Of a stretch of DNA of 64,000 nt, positions 49,408-60,100 are shown one piece after another. Numbering within the stretch: the first letter of the stretch is position 1; each line of letters opens with the position of its first letter. A program made the translations under genes and the position numbers. The notes beneath the pieces are model-generated. The model had not been told where the DNA came from. It worked only from the letters and a program-made list of their open reading frames with translations, and did no database searches. Origin of the DNA: a virus (taxonomy: Duplodnaviria; Caudoviricetes); IMG/VR virus record IMGVR_UViG_3300033121_000264, positions 1 through 64,000 of that record, one strand, 5' to 3'.

Positions 49408-52400
49408 TTAGCACTCCGCAGAAATTACAGTTAATTCATCATCCATAAATCCACAAACCATTTTAGTACCAACCGGTATATCATCTAAGTTATAAAAATC
49501 ATGAAGTGGAAATTTAATATCTTGGTATTTAAACATATGTTTACCACCTTCTACACCATCATATGTTCCTTTCATTAGTATATATGGGCTATCCCACATT
49601 TTTATTATAGGATTCCATCTTATATTTAATGGTCCAGTCTTCCATTTGTCTGGTTTTTGCAAAAAATCATCAGCAAAATCAGTACGATTTGGTAATGTTG
49701 GCAACGTTGGAATACTAGACTCAGCATTTGGTACTGGACATCCATAAAAATCATAACCCCACCCAGTAATAGTAATTGGCCCTTTCAAACCAATAGCGCG
49801 TATATCTTGACTTAATGATGAAATTTGATTTTTAATAGTTTGTAGACCATCACTTGGGATTGTTGTACCATAGGCGTATAATTGACCATCAGCATATGAT
49901 GATTGTGAACCGCCATGAAGACTGTGTGAAAACGGGTCAAAATATTTAGAACTTTTACATTTGTCCTCACCAATACCTCCTTGATAAAGCGGTGTTTCAT
50001 AATGTGGTAATTGTGCGCTAGTATAATACGAAAAAGGAGAGAATAAAGAATCTAAACCACAAATCGCTTGTTTAGTATAATTAGTGCTATTTAAACTTGC
50101 CATTCCTTCTTCCATAGTACCAAAAGATACAGTCACAGCATTATGAGAAGAACCCTCAAAAGATGGATGAGAATAATGAGCGCCATAAACAACTAAGTGT
50201 GGAGACTTTTGAACAGAGCCAGCCGTACCCTTTTTAGAAAATACATCTGCTCTAGCAGAGAAATATCCAGCAGGAACAGCATTAACAGAGCGAGCATTTT
50301 GTAAATTATTTCTATAGCTTTCTCTAGCTACTTTAGATAATCTTTGATAACGGTCTGCTCTAGCTTTAGCAAAACCAGCTATTGAAGCTGTGTATGTTCT
50401 TAGTGTATATGATGTGCTAACTCCATTTGGACCAATACTAACGTCTAAACTGGTCACATTAGGTCCACCAGCCACTAACTCATCCCCAAGGTTGACTATT
50501 GGGGCACCAACCAATTCAACTCGACCCATTTCTGCTTCTTGTTGATTGGCAGTAACTCCAGCCATTTGAGCTAAACCGGCATAATTCATCCAGGTGTACC
50601 CATTATAATTCCAAGGTACTAATTCTTGATTTTGTTCTACTCTAACCTTACCACCAGCGGCCGCTGCCGCCCCTGCTGTTCCATACCAAGGTCCATAAGT
50701 TCTATTATTGTCTCTTAAAGGCACACACGCTTCTGCTGGTAGTACGGCGGCTGGAGCATAATCAATAGAAAAATAAGCTGTAGCATTTGTACCGTTTTCA
50801 TTAGCAATAGCTTTTGCTTTAGTTTTTTGACCACCTGTACCATTGTCGATTTGAGGATTACCACCAGCCGCTTTTATAATGGCTTTTAAAATGATTTGTG
50901 ATGGTCCCCAAACTTCATTACTACCATCTACCCTCATATTAACAGATGATGGCAATGTTATTACAGCCCTAGGGTCATATTTATTCGAGGCTGTTACATA
51001 TACTAATTTTTGGTCAATCTGAGCTTTAACATATAGTTTTAAATTACCACTTTCATTATATACTAAAAAATCATCTGGAGACAAATTTTTACATTCTAAT
51101 TGATTAGCGCTATTAAATTTAACAAAGGTAATCCATTTACCATCATCTGTAGTCATAAAATCTTCAAATGCTTCTGGGAAATTCAGAGGTTTTTGTCCTC
51201 CAGCCCACGCTCCAACATCTAAATATCCAGCATCTATTGGTTCATAATTAATTAATTCTCTATTAGTGTCTGGTTCTATAGCTGTAGCAAACGGTTCTAA
51301 CAGCGGTAATAAATTTAATCTAACCATAAACTTACGACCATAATATTCTTTAGCTAGAATCTCTATAGCATTAAACAAATTAAATATTTGCTCTTGTTTG
51401 TCTGGGTCTTTTGCGAATTCACTAAGACCAACTTTAGTATTAGCTATTGTAGCCGCATTACCTTTACCACTGGTTAATGCTTCACTAGTGGCTGAATCTA
51501 AATTAATTCTACCCTCTATACCTAATGTTGAAGCTTTAGATGGAAATACAATACCAATATATGTCATCCATGAATCAATACCAGCGGCCGCTGCTCTTAG
51601 TTCTCCAACGCTACATTGATATGTGGCCCCAACACCAGGACAATTAATATGTCTAGAATCAATAGTAAATGAATGAGCATCATTTATACCGGTGCCAATA
51701 ATCGCATTACCATTGGCGTCTACTCCCCAATATGGCCAGATTGTAGCGCTAGCCCCAGTACCATCTAATGTTGTGGTATATATGCGTTCTTGCTGACCGC
51801 CAATTAAAAAGCCGAAGACTTCCTCATTACGTAGTTCTCTACCGTGATTTTTAGCAGATGCTTCTGTTTGACTTTCAATCCAGGCTGATAAAACTGTTAG
51901 GTCTGGAACTACTTTTCTAGACACGCACTTAAATTTAATTATAGGTAAATAACTACTACTACCGCTAGAATGACCAATAGATAGAGATAAATATGGATAA
52001 AAGTCATAACCGGCATCTTGACATAATTGACCAATGGCTTCGCCAAGATTAATAGTATTTCCGCCCATTCGATATGATGGGTCTGCAACTGGTAATTCAG
52101 ATACGTCAATTTGATAATATTGGTTTTTAAACTTCATTCTACAGCTAAAATTACCATCTCCACCAGCATTACATAATGTATTTATGCCGGTCTTTATTCC
52201 AAGGCCAGTGCTTCCATACCAGGGCATTCCTGCTTCATTTATTCTTGAACCACCAAAACCATAGATATATTCATAATATCCATAAATATTCATTAAATTA
52301 GGCGCACCATATACCCATCCACTATAACCCCCAATTATCAATTGAACATTATTTAATATTTCAGTTGGGCCTACAATATGGACTTCGTAGTATCTACCAT

Positions 52401-52701
52401 TAATTTCATTCTTTTTTTCCCAACTTTGTAGAATACCGCTAAATTCAAAGTCTCCAAATTTAAAATAAACTGGGGCACCAATTTCTGGTGGTGAAAAAGA
52501 GTCTGCTGTAGTAGTATCACTAGCCGTAGCTAATGGCGTAATATTATTACCACTGTAACTAGCCCAAACCTTTTTAGTTGTTTCTGTAGAAGTATCCTCT
52601 ACTAATGATACACTTAAAGATGTAGCATCACCATTCCAGCCTAACTGGGCACTAAAGTTAGCAATGCTTGCTCCTAGAAATCTTGTTTGTTCAAACGACA
52701 T
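49408..52701 (-). CDS. Putative tail hub/baseplate protein
   Basis: 1097 aa, two genes after the tape measure gene; beta-rich. Confidence 0.55.
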   Translation of the reverse strand: MSFEQTRFLGASIANFSAQLGWNGDATSLSVSLVEDTSTETTKKVWASYSGNNITPLATASDTTTADSFSPPEIGAPVYFKFGDFEFSGILQSWEKKNEINGRYYEVHIVGPTEILNNVQLIIGGYSGWVYGAPNLMNIYGYYEYIYGFGGSRINEAGMPWYGSTGLGIKTGINTLCNAGGDGNFSCRMKFKNQYYQIDVSELPVADPSYRMGGNTINLGEAIGQLCQDAGYDFYPYLSLSIGHSSGSSSYLPIIKFKCVSRKVVPDLTVLSAWIESQTEASAKNHGRELRNEEVFGFLIGGQQERIYTTTLDGTGASATIWPYWGVDANGNAIIGTGINDAHSFTIDSRHINCPGVGATYQCSVGELRAAAAGIDSWMTYIGIVFPSKASTLGIEGRINLDSATSEALTSGKGNAATIANTKVGLSEFAKDPDKQEQIFNLFNAIEILAKEYYGRKFMVRLNLLPLLEPFATAIEPDTNRELINYEPIDAGYLDVGAWAGGQKPLNFPEAFEDFMTTDDGKWITFVKFNSANQLECKNLSPDDFLVYNESGNLKLYVKAQIDQKLVYVTASNKYDPRAVITLPSSVNMRVDGSNEVWGPSQIILKAIIKAAGGNPQIDNGTGGQKTKAKAIANENGTNATAYFSIDYAPAAVLPAEACVPLRDNNRTYGPWYGTAGAAAAAGGKVRVEQNQELVPWNYNGYTWMNYAGLAQMAGVTANQQEAEMGRVELVGAPIVNLGDELVAGGPNVTSLDVSIGPNGVSTSYTLRTYTASIAGFAKARADRYQRLSKVARESYRNNLQNARSVNAVPAGYFSARADVFSKKGTAGSVQKSPHLVVYGAHYSHPSFEGSSHNAVTVSFGTMEEGMASLNSTNYTKQAICGLDSLFSPFSYYTSAQLPHYETPLYQGGIGEDKCKSSKYFDPFSHSLHGGSQSSYADGQLYAYGTTIPSDGLQTIKNQISSLSQDIRAIGLKGPITITGWGYDFYGCPVPNAESSIPTLPTLPNRTDFADDFLQKPDKWKTGPLNIRWNPIIKMWDSPYILMKGTYDGVEGGKHMFKYQDIKFPLHDFYNLDDIPVGTKMVCGFMDDELTVISAEC

Positions 52702-52739
52702 ATAACTTTCCTTTGGTTATGTTATTATTATATTATAGC

Positions 52740-54155
52740 CTATTGATACGTCCAAGTGAGATTTGCGCTAAATCTACCATTTGATGGACTCCAACTGTCA
52801 TTATGTTCTGTCAAAAATACCTGTGATGTACTTGGTTTTACAGCATTAACTATAGCGGTAATATCTGGTTTATTACTAATATAATTAGCATAAGAGCATC
52901 CAGTTGGTGGGGCGACAATTGCTTCAATAGATAAACTACGTGTGGTTTCTGAAACTGTACGAATATCCTGTAATACTGGTCCTGCCGTTCTACCTAATAC
53001 TGGCATAATAGCAATTACATCTTTAGCATATTGTTCACTAATTGTAATAACTTCACTTAAAGCATTAGCAATACATGTACTTGGTCTAGTATCATATTCA
53101 TAATTATAATTAATAGTTCCAATAACTGGATTACGAGTCACCGTTCTAATAGCTGGTATAATATTTAAAGAAGTATTACTATAATTTTGTGCTCTAGTTA
53201 ATAATTGATTTTGAATACTATTCCATGCTCCACTAGCCGCTTGCCACTTAGTTTGAGTTAAAAGAAAACCATTATCTCTAGTTGATAGACCTTGAATACT
53301 ACCATTAATACTAACGCGAGTAATACCATCATCTACACTAGTCTTTGTTTCAACACTAAAATCTTCTGTAGCCCCAGATGTAGCTAAAATCCAATTTTCA
53401 CTAACACTAAATGAACCGGCTAGTTCATCAATATTCTGACTACGAATATGGTCAAAAGCCGCAAAACCTCCTAGTCCCATTGGTAAGTTAGTACCTGATA
53501 CAGCTTGCCAATCTATTCCTAAACGCGTTAATACCCACCCAGATGCTTCTTGCCAGCCTTGTCTTAAAATTGTGCCACTACTAGTATAGTGTAAACGTCC
53601 TACTGCACTTACGTTATGCGTTACTCTATAAGTAGCAGGAACAAGTTCATTTTGAGGTTCGGCCATTTCTACGACCCAATCCTCTTTTGCATCATTTAAG
53701 TAATAATCAAAAATGGCTTCTCCTGTTGGAGTCACCGCACAACTAATCTTATCGGCTTCTAAATTAATAGTATAGTCGGCAGTATTAAACCATTGACCTT
53801 CTGGCACATCAATACTAACAACTCTAGGATTACAAGTCATTGGGGTTGAACCATCTAGAGGTTCAATTGATAATAGTTTACCTTGTTGACTAAATAATTG
53901 ACGCAATGCTTGTTGTTTACTAATAAGTGATGCTAGTCTACCATCATGACCTATAATTTCATCATCTGGATAACCAGAACTAGTATGCCATGTTCCATTA
54001 CTAGTTGGACTACCTTTGTCAGCTACGAATTTACCGGTAAGCACAACATTATACGTATTACCTATAATCACATCGCCATTCTTATAATATGACTGTGAAA
54101 TATTAACTAATGGTGCTGGAATTAGATATTTGTTATTATATTTTACTACTCCCAT
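52740..54155 (-). CDS. Putative distal tail protein
   Basis: Directly after the tape measure gene (TAATG coupling); beta-rich. Confidence 0.5.
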   Translation of the reverse strand: MGVVKYNNKYLIPAPLVNISQSYYKNGDVIIGNTYNVVLTGKFVADKGSPTSNGTWHTSSGYPDDEIIGHDGRLASLISKQQALRQLFSQQGKLLSIEPLDGSTPMTCNPRVVSIDVPEGQWFNTADYTINLEADKISCAVTPTGEAIFDYYLNDAKEDWVVEMAEPQNELVPATYRVTHNVSAVGRLHYTSSGTILRQGWQEASGWVLTRLGIDWQAVSGTNLPMGLGGFAAFDHIRSQNIDELAGSFSVSENWILATSGATEDFSVETKTSVDDGITRVSINGSIQGLSTRDNGFLLTQTKWQAASGAWNSIQNQLLTRAQNYSNTSLNIIPAIRTVTRNPVIGTINYNYEYDTRPSTCIANALSEVITISEQYAKDVIAIMPVLGRTAGPVLQDIRTVSETTRSLSIEAIVAPPTGCSYANYISNKPDITAIVNAVKPSTSQVFLTEHNDSWSPSNGRFSANLTWTYQ

Positions 54156-57100
54156 TATTTATCCTTTTTTTGACCTTTGGTTGTTGATGGTGTTTGTGGT
54201 CCTGGTCCCATTGCCGGTTTTAGTCCTGGAATCACTTTACTTAACTGGTCTGTAATTTGCGCCATAATAGCAGGAGCTAATATAGCTTCTAATCCTTTAA
54301 GAGCTTCTGCTCCTGTAATATTAACTTGAATTGGGTCAAATTTTCCAGCCAAATCAATAGATGATGGAATATATTTTAAAATTTCTGCTAGAGAAGTTGT
54401 ACTTTGTTGAAAATCTTTATTGAAAGTTAAGAAATTCTTATTTAATTCTTCTGGTAATTTATTTAATAATGGAGTCAAACCTTGTAAATAAGTATTATAA
54501 GCTGCTTTTCCTGCTCCAATAGATTTTGGCATTAATGAATTTATTGATACACCAGGACGTTCTGTATAATTAGGAGATTCTATATTTGGTTTAATTTCTC
54601 TTGGTAATTCTGGTCTTCCTATTGGAGACAGTGAATCAATAGGCACAGAATTATAAGGTCTAGTATTTCTATAGATATCAACAGTTTCTGGATTTGGAAT
54701 ATTTGGCACCACTCTTTGTGATGGTGGGATTACATATTTAGGTAAAGATGGTTTACCAATAGGAGTTAATGGATTTTTAACTTGGTCTGATAAATCAGCA
54801 TCTCTAGCAATTTTTTCTATTTCTTTTCTTTTTAAAATTTCTTGATAATTTTGTTCGGCAGCTTGTTGTTTAATCAATTCTGCGTTTCTATTAGCATTAG
54901 CTTCATCAATTTTAGCTTGTTGAGCGCGACTAATTGGTTTACCACTACGAGTAGTACCAACAATATCTGTTGATTTTTCTTCTGCCGGTAGTGTATTATC
55001 TGGCGTTTTTTCTTCTATTGCTTTTAATGGGTCTGTAAGTATTTTTTTCAATTCACCAATTATATCAGGAATTTGAAATTTTGGTAATGCAAATTTGAAT
55101 GCAGCAGCTTTACCAGCAGCAACATTAACAATTGGCGCTTTTTGTTTTACATCTCTTTGTGTATTATTAGGAGATTCTAAATTGATAACTGGTTCTTGAT
55201 TTTCTGAAACCAATTTTAACTCTTTAATAGCACCATAAATATCAGTTAGAATTTTATTTGCAATACCAGTGAAACCAGCAATTAGGTCTGTGCTTGCGCT
55301 TTGTTTTTGTTGTTCCCTTTGAGTCTTGTTGTCAAGAGCAGTTTGTTCTGCTGATTTTACAGAAATATCAGCAGCTTTCTTTGTTTGGTCTGCTTTTTGT
55401 CTATCAATATCAGATTGGGCACTAGATTTTGCTGCCGCGTCTTGCGCTTGAGTATTTGTTTTTCTAGCTTCTGCTAAATCAACATTTCCAACTTCTTTAC
55501 TTAATTTAAATAATATTGCTTTAGATTGTGGGTCTAATTCAAGAATTTGAGTAATTTGTGTATCTGTAAAACCTTGTGAACGTAAACCTTCTTTCAAAGT
55601 TTGTTCAGAAAATTTACTATTATTATCAATAGTGCGAGTAACAAGTTCTTGAACACGTTTATTAAAATACTCATTTCTATCTTGTGAGCCAATTTCAAAA
55701 GCTTTTGCGCTTACAGTATCACCAGTTTGTTTATGAACAAACTCTCCTCCTGGGCCACGTTGAAAATAATCTTCTTTATTGTAAAGACCTCTTTTTAATG
55801 TATCTTCTTTAATCTTATCAATTTCACCTTGTAGTGAAGTTTGGTCAATTAAACCACTAAACTTATTACTTAATGCTGATTGAATTTGAGAACCTTGGTC
55901 ACGTGTTGGGTCTAGCGTTACTCTTTCTTTTGTGGTTCTTAAATTGCGTAGTTTATCTCTAATTTCTTTTTGTTTATCTAATGTAGCAAATACATCAGCA
56001 TTTTGAGCTACACGTTCGGCATTAACACCAGTAACAGAAGCGGGGTCAACACCAACACCTTTTAATCTTCTATTAAGGTCTTCTTTCTTTTGTACAACGC
56101 TTAATGACTTATCAGCAATTTCTTGTCTGCTCTTAGTTTCACTTTCAGAACGTCTAGCCTGCGCTTCCGCCATACTTGCTTCAAAAGTATTACGTAATGA
56201 TTCAAAACCACCAGTCAAAGTAACATCAAGAGCATCTAATTTTTGAGCTTCTAAATTGGTTAATGCGTTTTGAGCCTTTACCATTTCTTTTTGTTGTTCA
56301 ACAATAGCTCTTTGAAGCGTAATTTCTTCTTTATTAGAATTGATTAAAAGTTTTGCATCTTCTTTACCAACAAGAGCGCCAAGTCTATTTTGTTTAACTT
56401 CATTAGCAGATTTTCCACCTAATGTCGCAAGTTTCTTGTCGCCTGCCCCCATTTCAATTACTTGGTCTAAGAATTGTAGAGCTGAACCTTCTTGTTCAGA
56501 TGAGCCAATAGCGTTAGGATTATTAGCAATAACTCTAGCATTTTGAGCACTCTTAGCAAATTCTTTTCTGCCTTCTCTACCACCGAAAGCTAGATTAGTA
56601 GCAGCAGATAGCTGTGTCTTACGTTTGTTTTCGGCAGTAGCTAATTCGGTTTGTAATGCAGTTAAAACTTCTGTGCTAGTAGCTTGGTCATTTAAAGCCG
56701 ATAGAAGGTGCTGTAACTCGTTTTCTGTGCCGGCAATACTTTTACTTAATGTTTCAAATTCTTTACTAGCCGGATTTGCTTTGTTTCTTTGATTTTGTAA
56801 ATCTAGTATTCTAGCTCTTTTTGAAGAAATAGCATCGGCAATTGCGTCGGAAGACTCTCCACCGTTTAGTCCACCTTTGCGTAATCTTCTATTTTGACTA
56901 ATACTTACAGAACTTCTAGCATCTTTAGAAGAAAGGTCACTATTGAATTTATTTGTTCCAATTAGTCCAGCTTGACGGTTTGCCTTAAATCTACTGGTAG
57001 CAGCACTTATACTAAGGTCTGTTACCTTTTGCTCAATAGTATTACGTTGTTGTAGCATAGCAATTAATGCATTTGCATTATTTTTAGCAATTTCCGCCGC

Positions 57101-60100
57101 ACCATTTAATGACTCAAGATATAGGGCAGTTCCTTCTGTTAGGTCTTTAGCAAATTTTTCAGTATTAGAACGAATTTCATCAATAAACTTGCTATCACCA
57201 CTATCGTCTGCTAAAAATTCATCTAGCTTTAATTGAATGCTTGATTTTAATTCTTTTGGGAAATCAGCAATACCATCTTCAACTGCGGCAGCAAAACCAG
57301 CTAAAGGAGTTTTATCACCACCAGTATCAGATAGTGGACCAGCTTCTAACGCTTTACGTAATACATCCGGTAATGATTGTGCTGCACCCGCTGACGCTCC
57401 TAGTCTTTCAGCTAAACCATTTCCACCACCACCAATTAGTTGTGTTAGAGCTTTAGTTAAATCGGCAGGATTAGCTTCTAAACCCTTACCAATAATTTCA
57501 CTCATATTAGAATCAAATTGTAGATTCTGAAAATCATTAGCTATAATATTAGCTTTATTTGTGAATTTTTGTAACGCATTAGTAGAATCATTAAATGCTT
57601 TTACTACATTATTTACATATTGAGCGTCTTGATATGTAGCAGCAAGAGAAGCATTAATTTGATTTTGCAAATTAGCGGCTTTGTTTTGAGATTCAATTGT
57701 TTTCTTAAATTGTTCTTCAACTTCTACAATTGGAACATTAGCCAATAAAGAAATAGTTTCAATTAAACTTTTACCAAGACCGTTGCTAGCAGATTTAAAC
57801 TCGCCAATACTCTTAACTGAGCTGGCAAGTTTATCAGCGAAGCCTTGAATTCCAGGTAGTTGTCCTTGGGCCTTCGTTAAAGTTTCTTGTTTTTGTTCTG
57901 GTGTTGCATTTAGTACATTACGTTGTAAAGTGTCTATTTGATTTCCGACTGTTACTTTATCAAAACCGCTAACAGTTGTACCTTTATTGATTCTTTCTAA
58001 AGTTTTATCTAATCTTTCAAATTGCTGACTAATAGCAATACTTTTCATTTGTTCAGTAGCTTCTTTTGTGGCATTAGTAAATCCTGTAATACCACCAATA
58101 GCTCCACCGATAACTGCTCCACCTAATGTTCCTAACGGACCTAAGAATGAACCAACAGCAGCACCCATAGCAGCGCCAGAACCAGCGCCGCCTAATAATC
58201 CACCATAACCGGCATTTGTTACATCTTTTTGTGTGCCTTTACCAGCTTGGATATTTGCAAACGCTGGTTTAGAAAATTTACTCTCTCCAACAACGGATGC
58301 TACGATACCTAGTCCAGCACCAATACCGCCAGCACCCTCTGCTACCCTACCTAATTTTGCTTGACGCAATTGAGCCTGTCTTAATGGGGCGCGTTTATTA
58401 GTATTTCGTTTTGTACGTTGTGCTTGACGGGTAAATGCACCCAAAGTATCTGGTGTTGGATTAGCCTTATAATCTTCATATCTGGTTTTTAATCTAGCAA
58501 AACTACGATTAGTCGAGCCAGATAATTTAGATTGAATTTTATTAACCTTTTCAGTGTTTTCTTTAAATCCACCTAGACTCTTACCTGCTGCACCAGCAAT
58601 TCCAGCCATTACTGTAAACTGAGTAATAGCTGTTGACATTTCTTCACTTAATCCACCGAACATAGATGTAATTTGAGGAAGAACAAATAATAATGGAGTT
58701 AATTTACTTAGGTCTGCTCCACCGCCACCAGTAGCAACCTTGCCACCACCAGCAAATTTACGTACTACGCCACCCTTAGCATATTTTTGTACACGCATAG
58801 CGTCTAGATTATTATAACCTACACGTTGTGCAGTACCTTTATCTAATACATATTCACCTGGGGTAAGTAGGGCTGGAACTGTGTCTGTGCCAACACCTGT
58901 AATATCACCACCTTCTGCCTTCTTTTGCGGTGGTTTATATTGTGTTCTATTACGAGTAGCATGAAATGCTTGCGCCGGAGTGAATTTTAGTTTAACTAAA
59001 TCTTTATTATGTTGGGCACTAGTTTTAGAATCATTATCTGGATTAGTAAGATAATCTCGTCGTATAGCTGTTAAAACTGTGTTTTTCACCTTTTTCGCAA
59101 CACTTTTTTCCTGACCAGTAACGGTGCGTTTAGCATCAGTTGGAACATTACCTAAGGATGCATCATCATAAACTTTTTCAGTAAAATTGGCTCCAAGTCC
59201 ACCAACAAAATCAAAAGCGTCCGTTGAAACATTTTTAGTGAATGGAGCGCCAGCAGTATTTAATGCCGCTTCAAACAAATTCCCACTCATTTGTTCAAAA
59301 TTAAATTTTCGTATATCTTTAGCTGACAATGGGTGTGATACTATACCCATAGTATCTAAAACGCGTTTACCTTCATTATTAGCAATATCTTTTAATCTAT
59401 GAGCTATATTATTCTCAAATCTTTTACCATGTGGAGCTTTAATTGTTCCAGTATATAAAGTATATTCTAATTGTCCTCTTGCATTTAGACCATAAGCATC
59501 TTTTTGTGCTTGACTTAAATTTGAAATTGGTAAAGATAGTTGTCCTTTTTTTGGTTTAACGTCCTTTTTATTTGGTAATAAACCAACAAGAGCAAAACGT
59601 CTATCTATAGACGCGGCTTTAATTGCAGAATGAGATAGCTCATCACCAATTTTTTTATTAATACCTTTATTTAATGCTCTTTCTTCTTTTTCTTTTGCTG
59701 ATAATTTACTAACACCTTTTTCGCTACCTTTACCATATTTACGTACAGTGCCACCTTTATGTAAAGCTGCAATATTTCCAGCCCCATAAGCCTGTACAGC
59801 GCTAGTAGGTAATACATATTCTCCAGGAGTTAAAAGAGCAGGAACAGTATCTCTGTTACCAAATCCTGGTACTAAACCTCCTCTAGCGAACTTGCGTGGA
59901 ACCTGTCTAGCAATACCACCAGGCCCAATTATAGTTTTAGTTGTTGCGGCTATACTAGCTTTTAATGCGCTAGATAAATTATTAATTTGTGTAGCTAAAT
60001 TATTAAGAGCTGTAGTATTAGCACTAATAGCCCCACTTTGATTAGCATTGGCCGTAGCAGCGCTAGCTTGTACAGTATTCAATTTATTATTAGTTGAACT

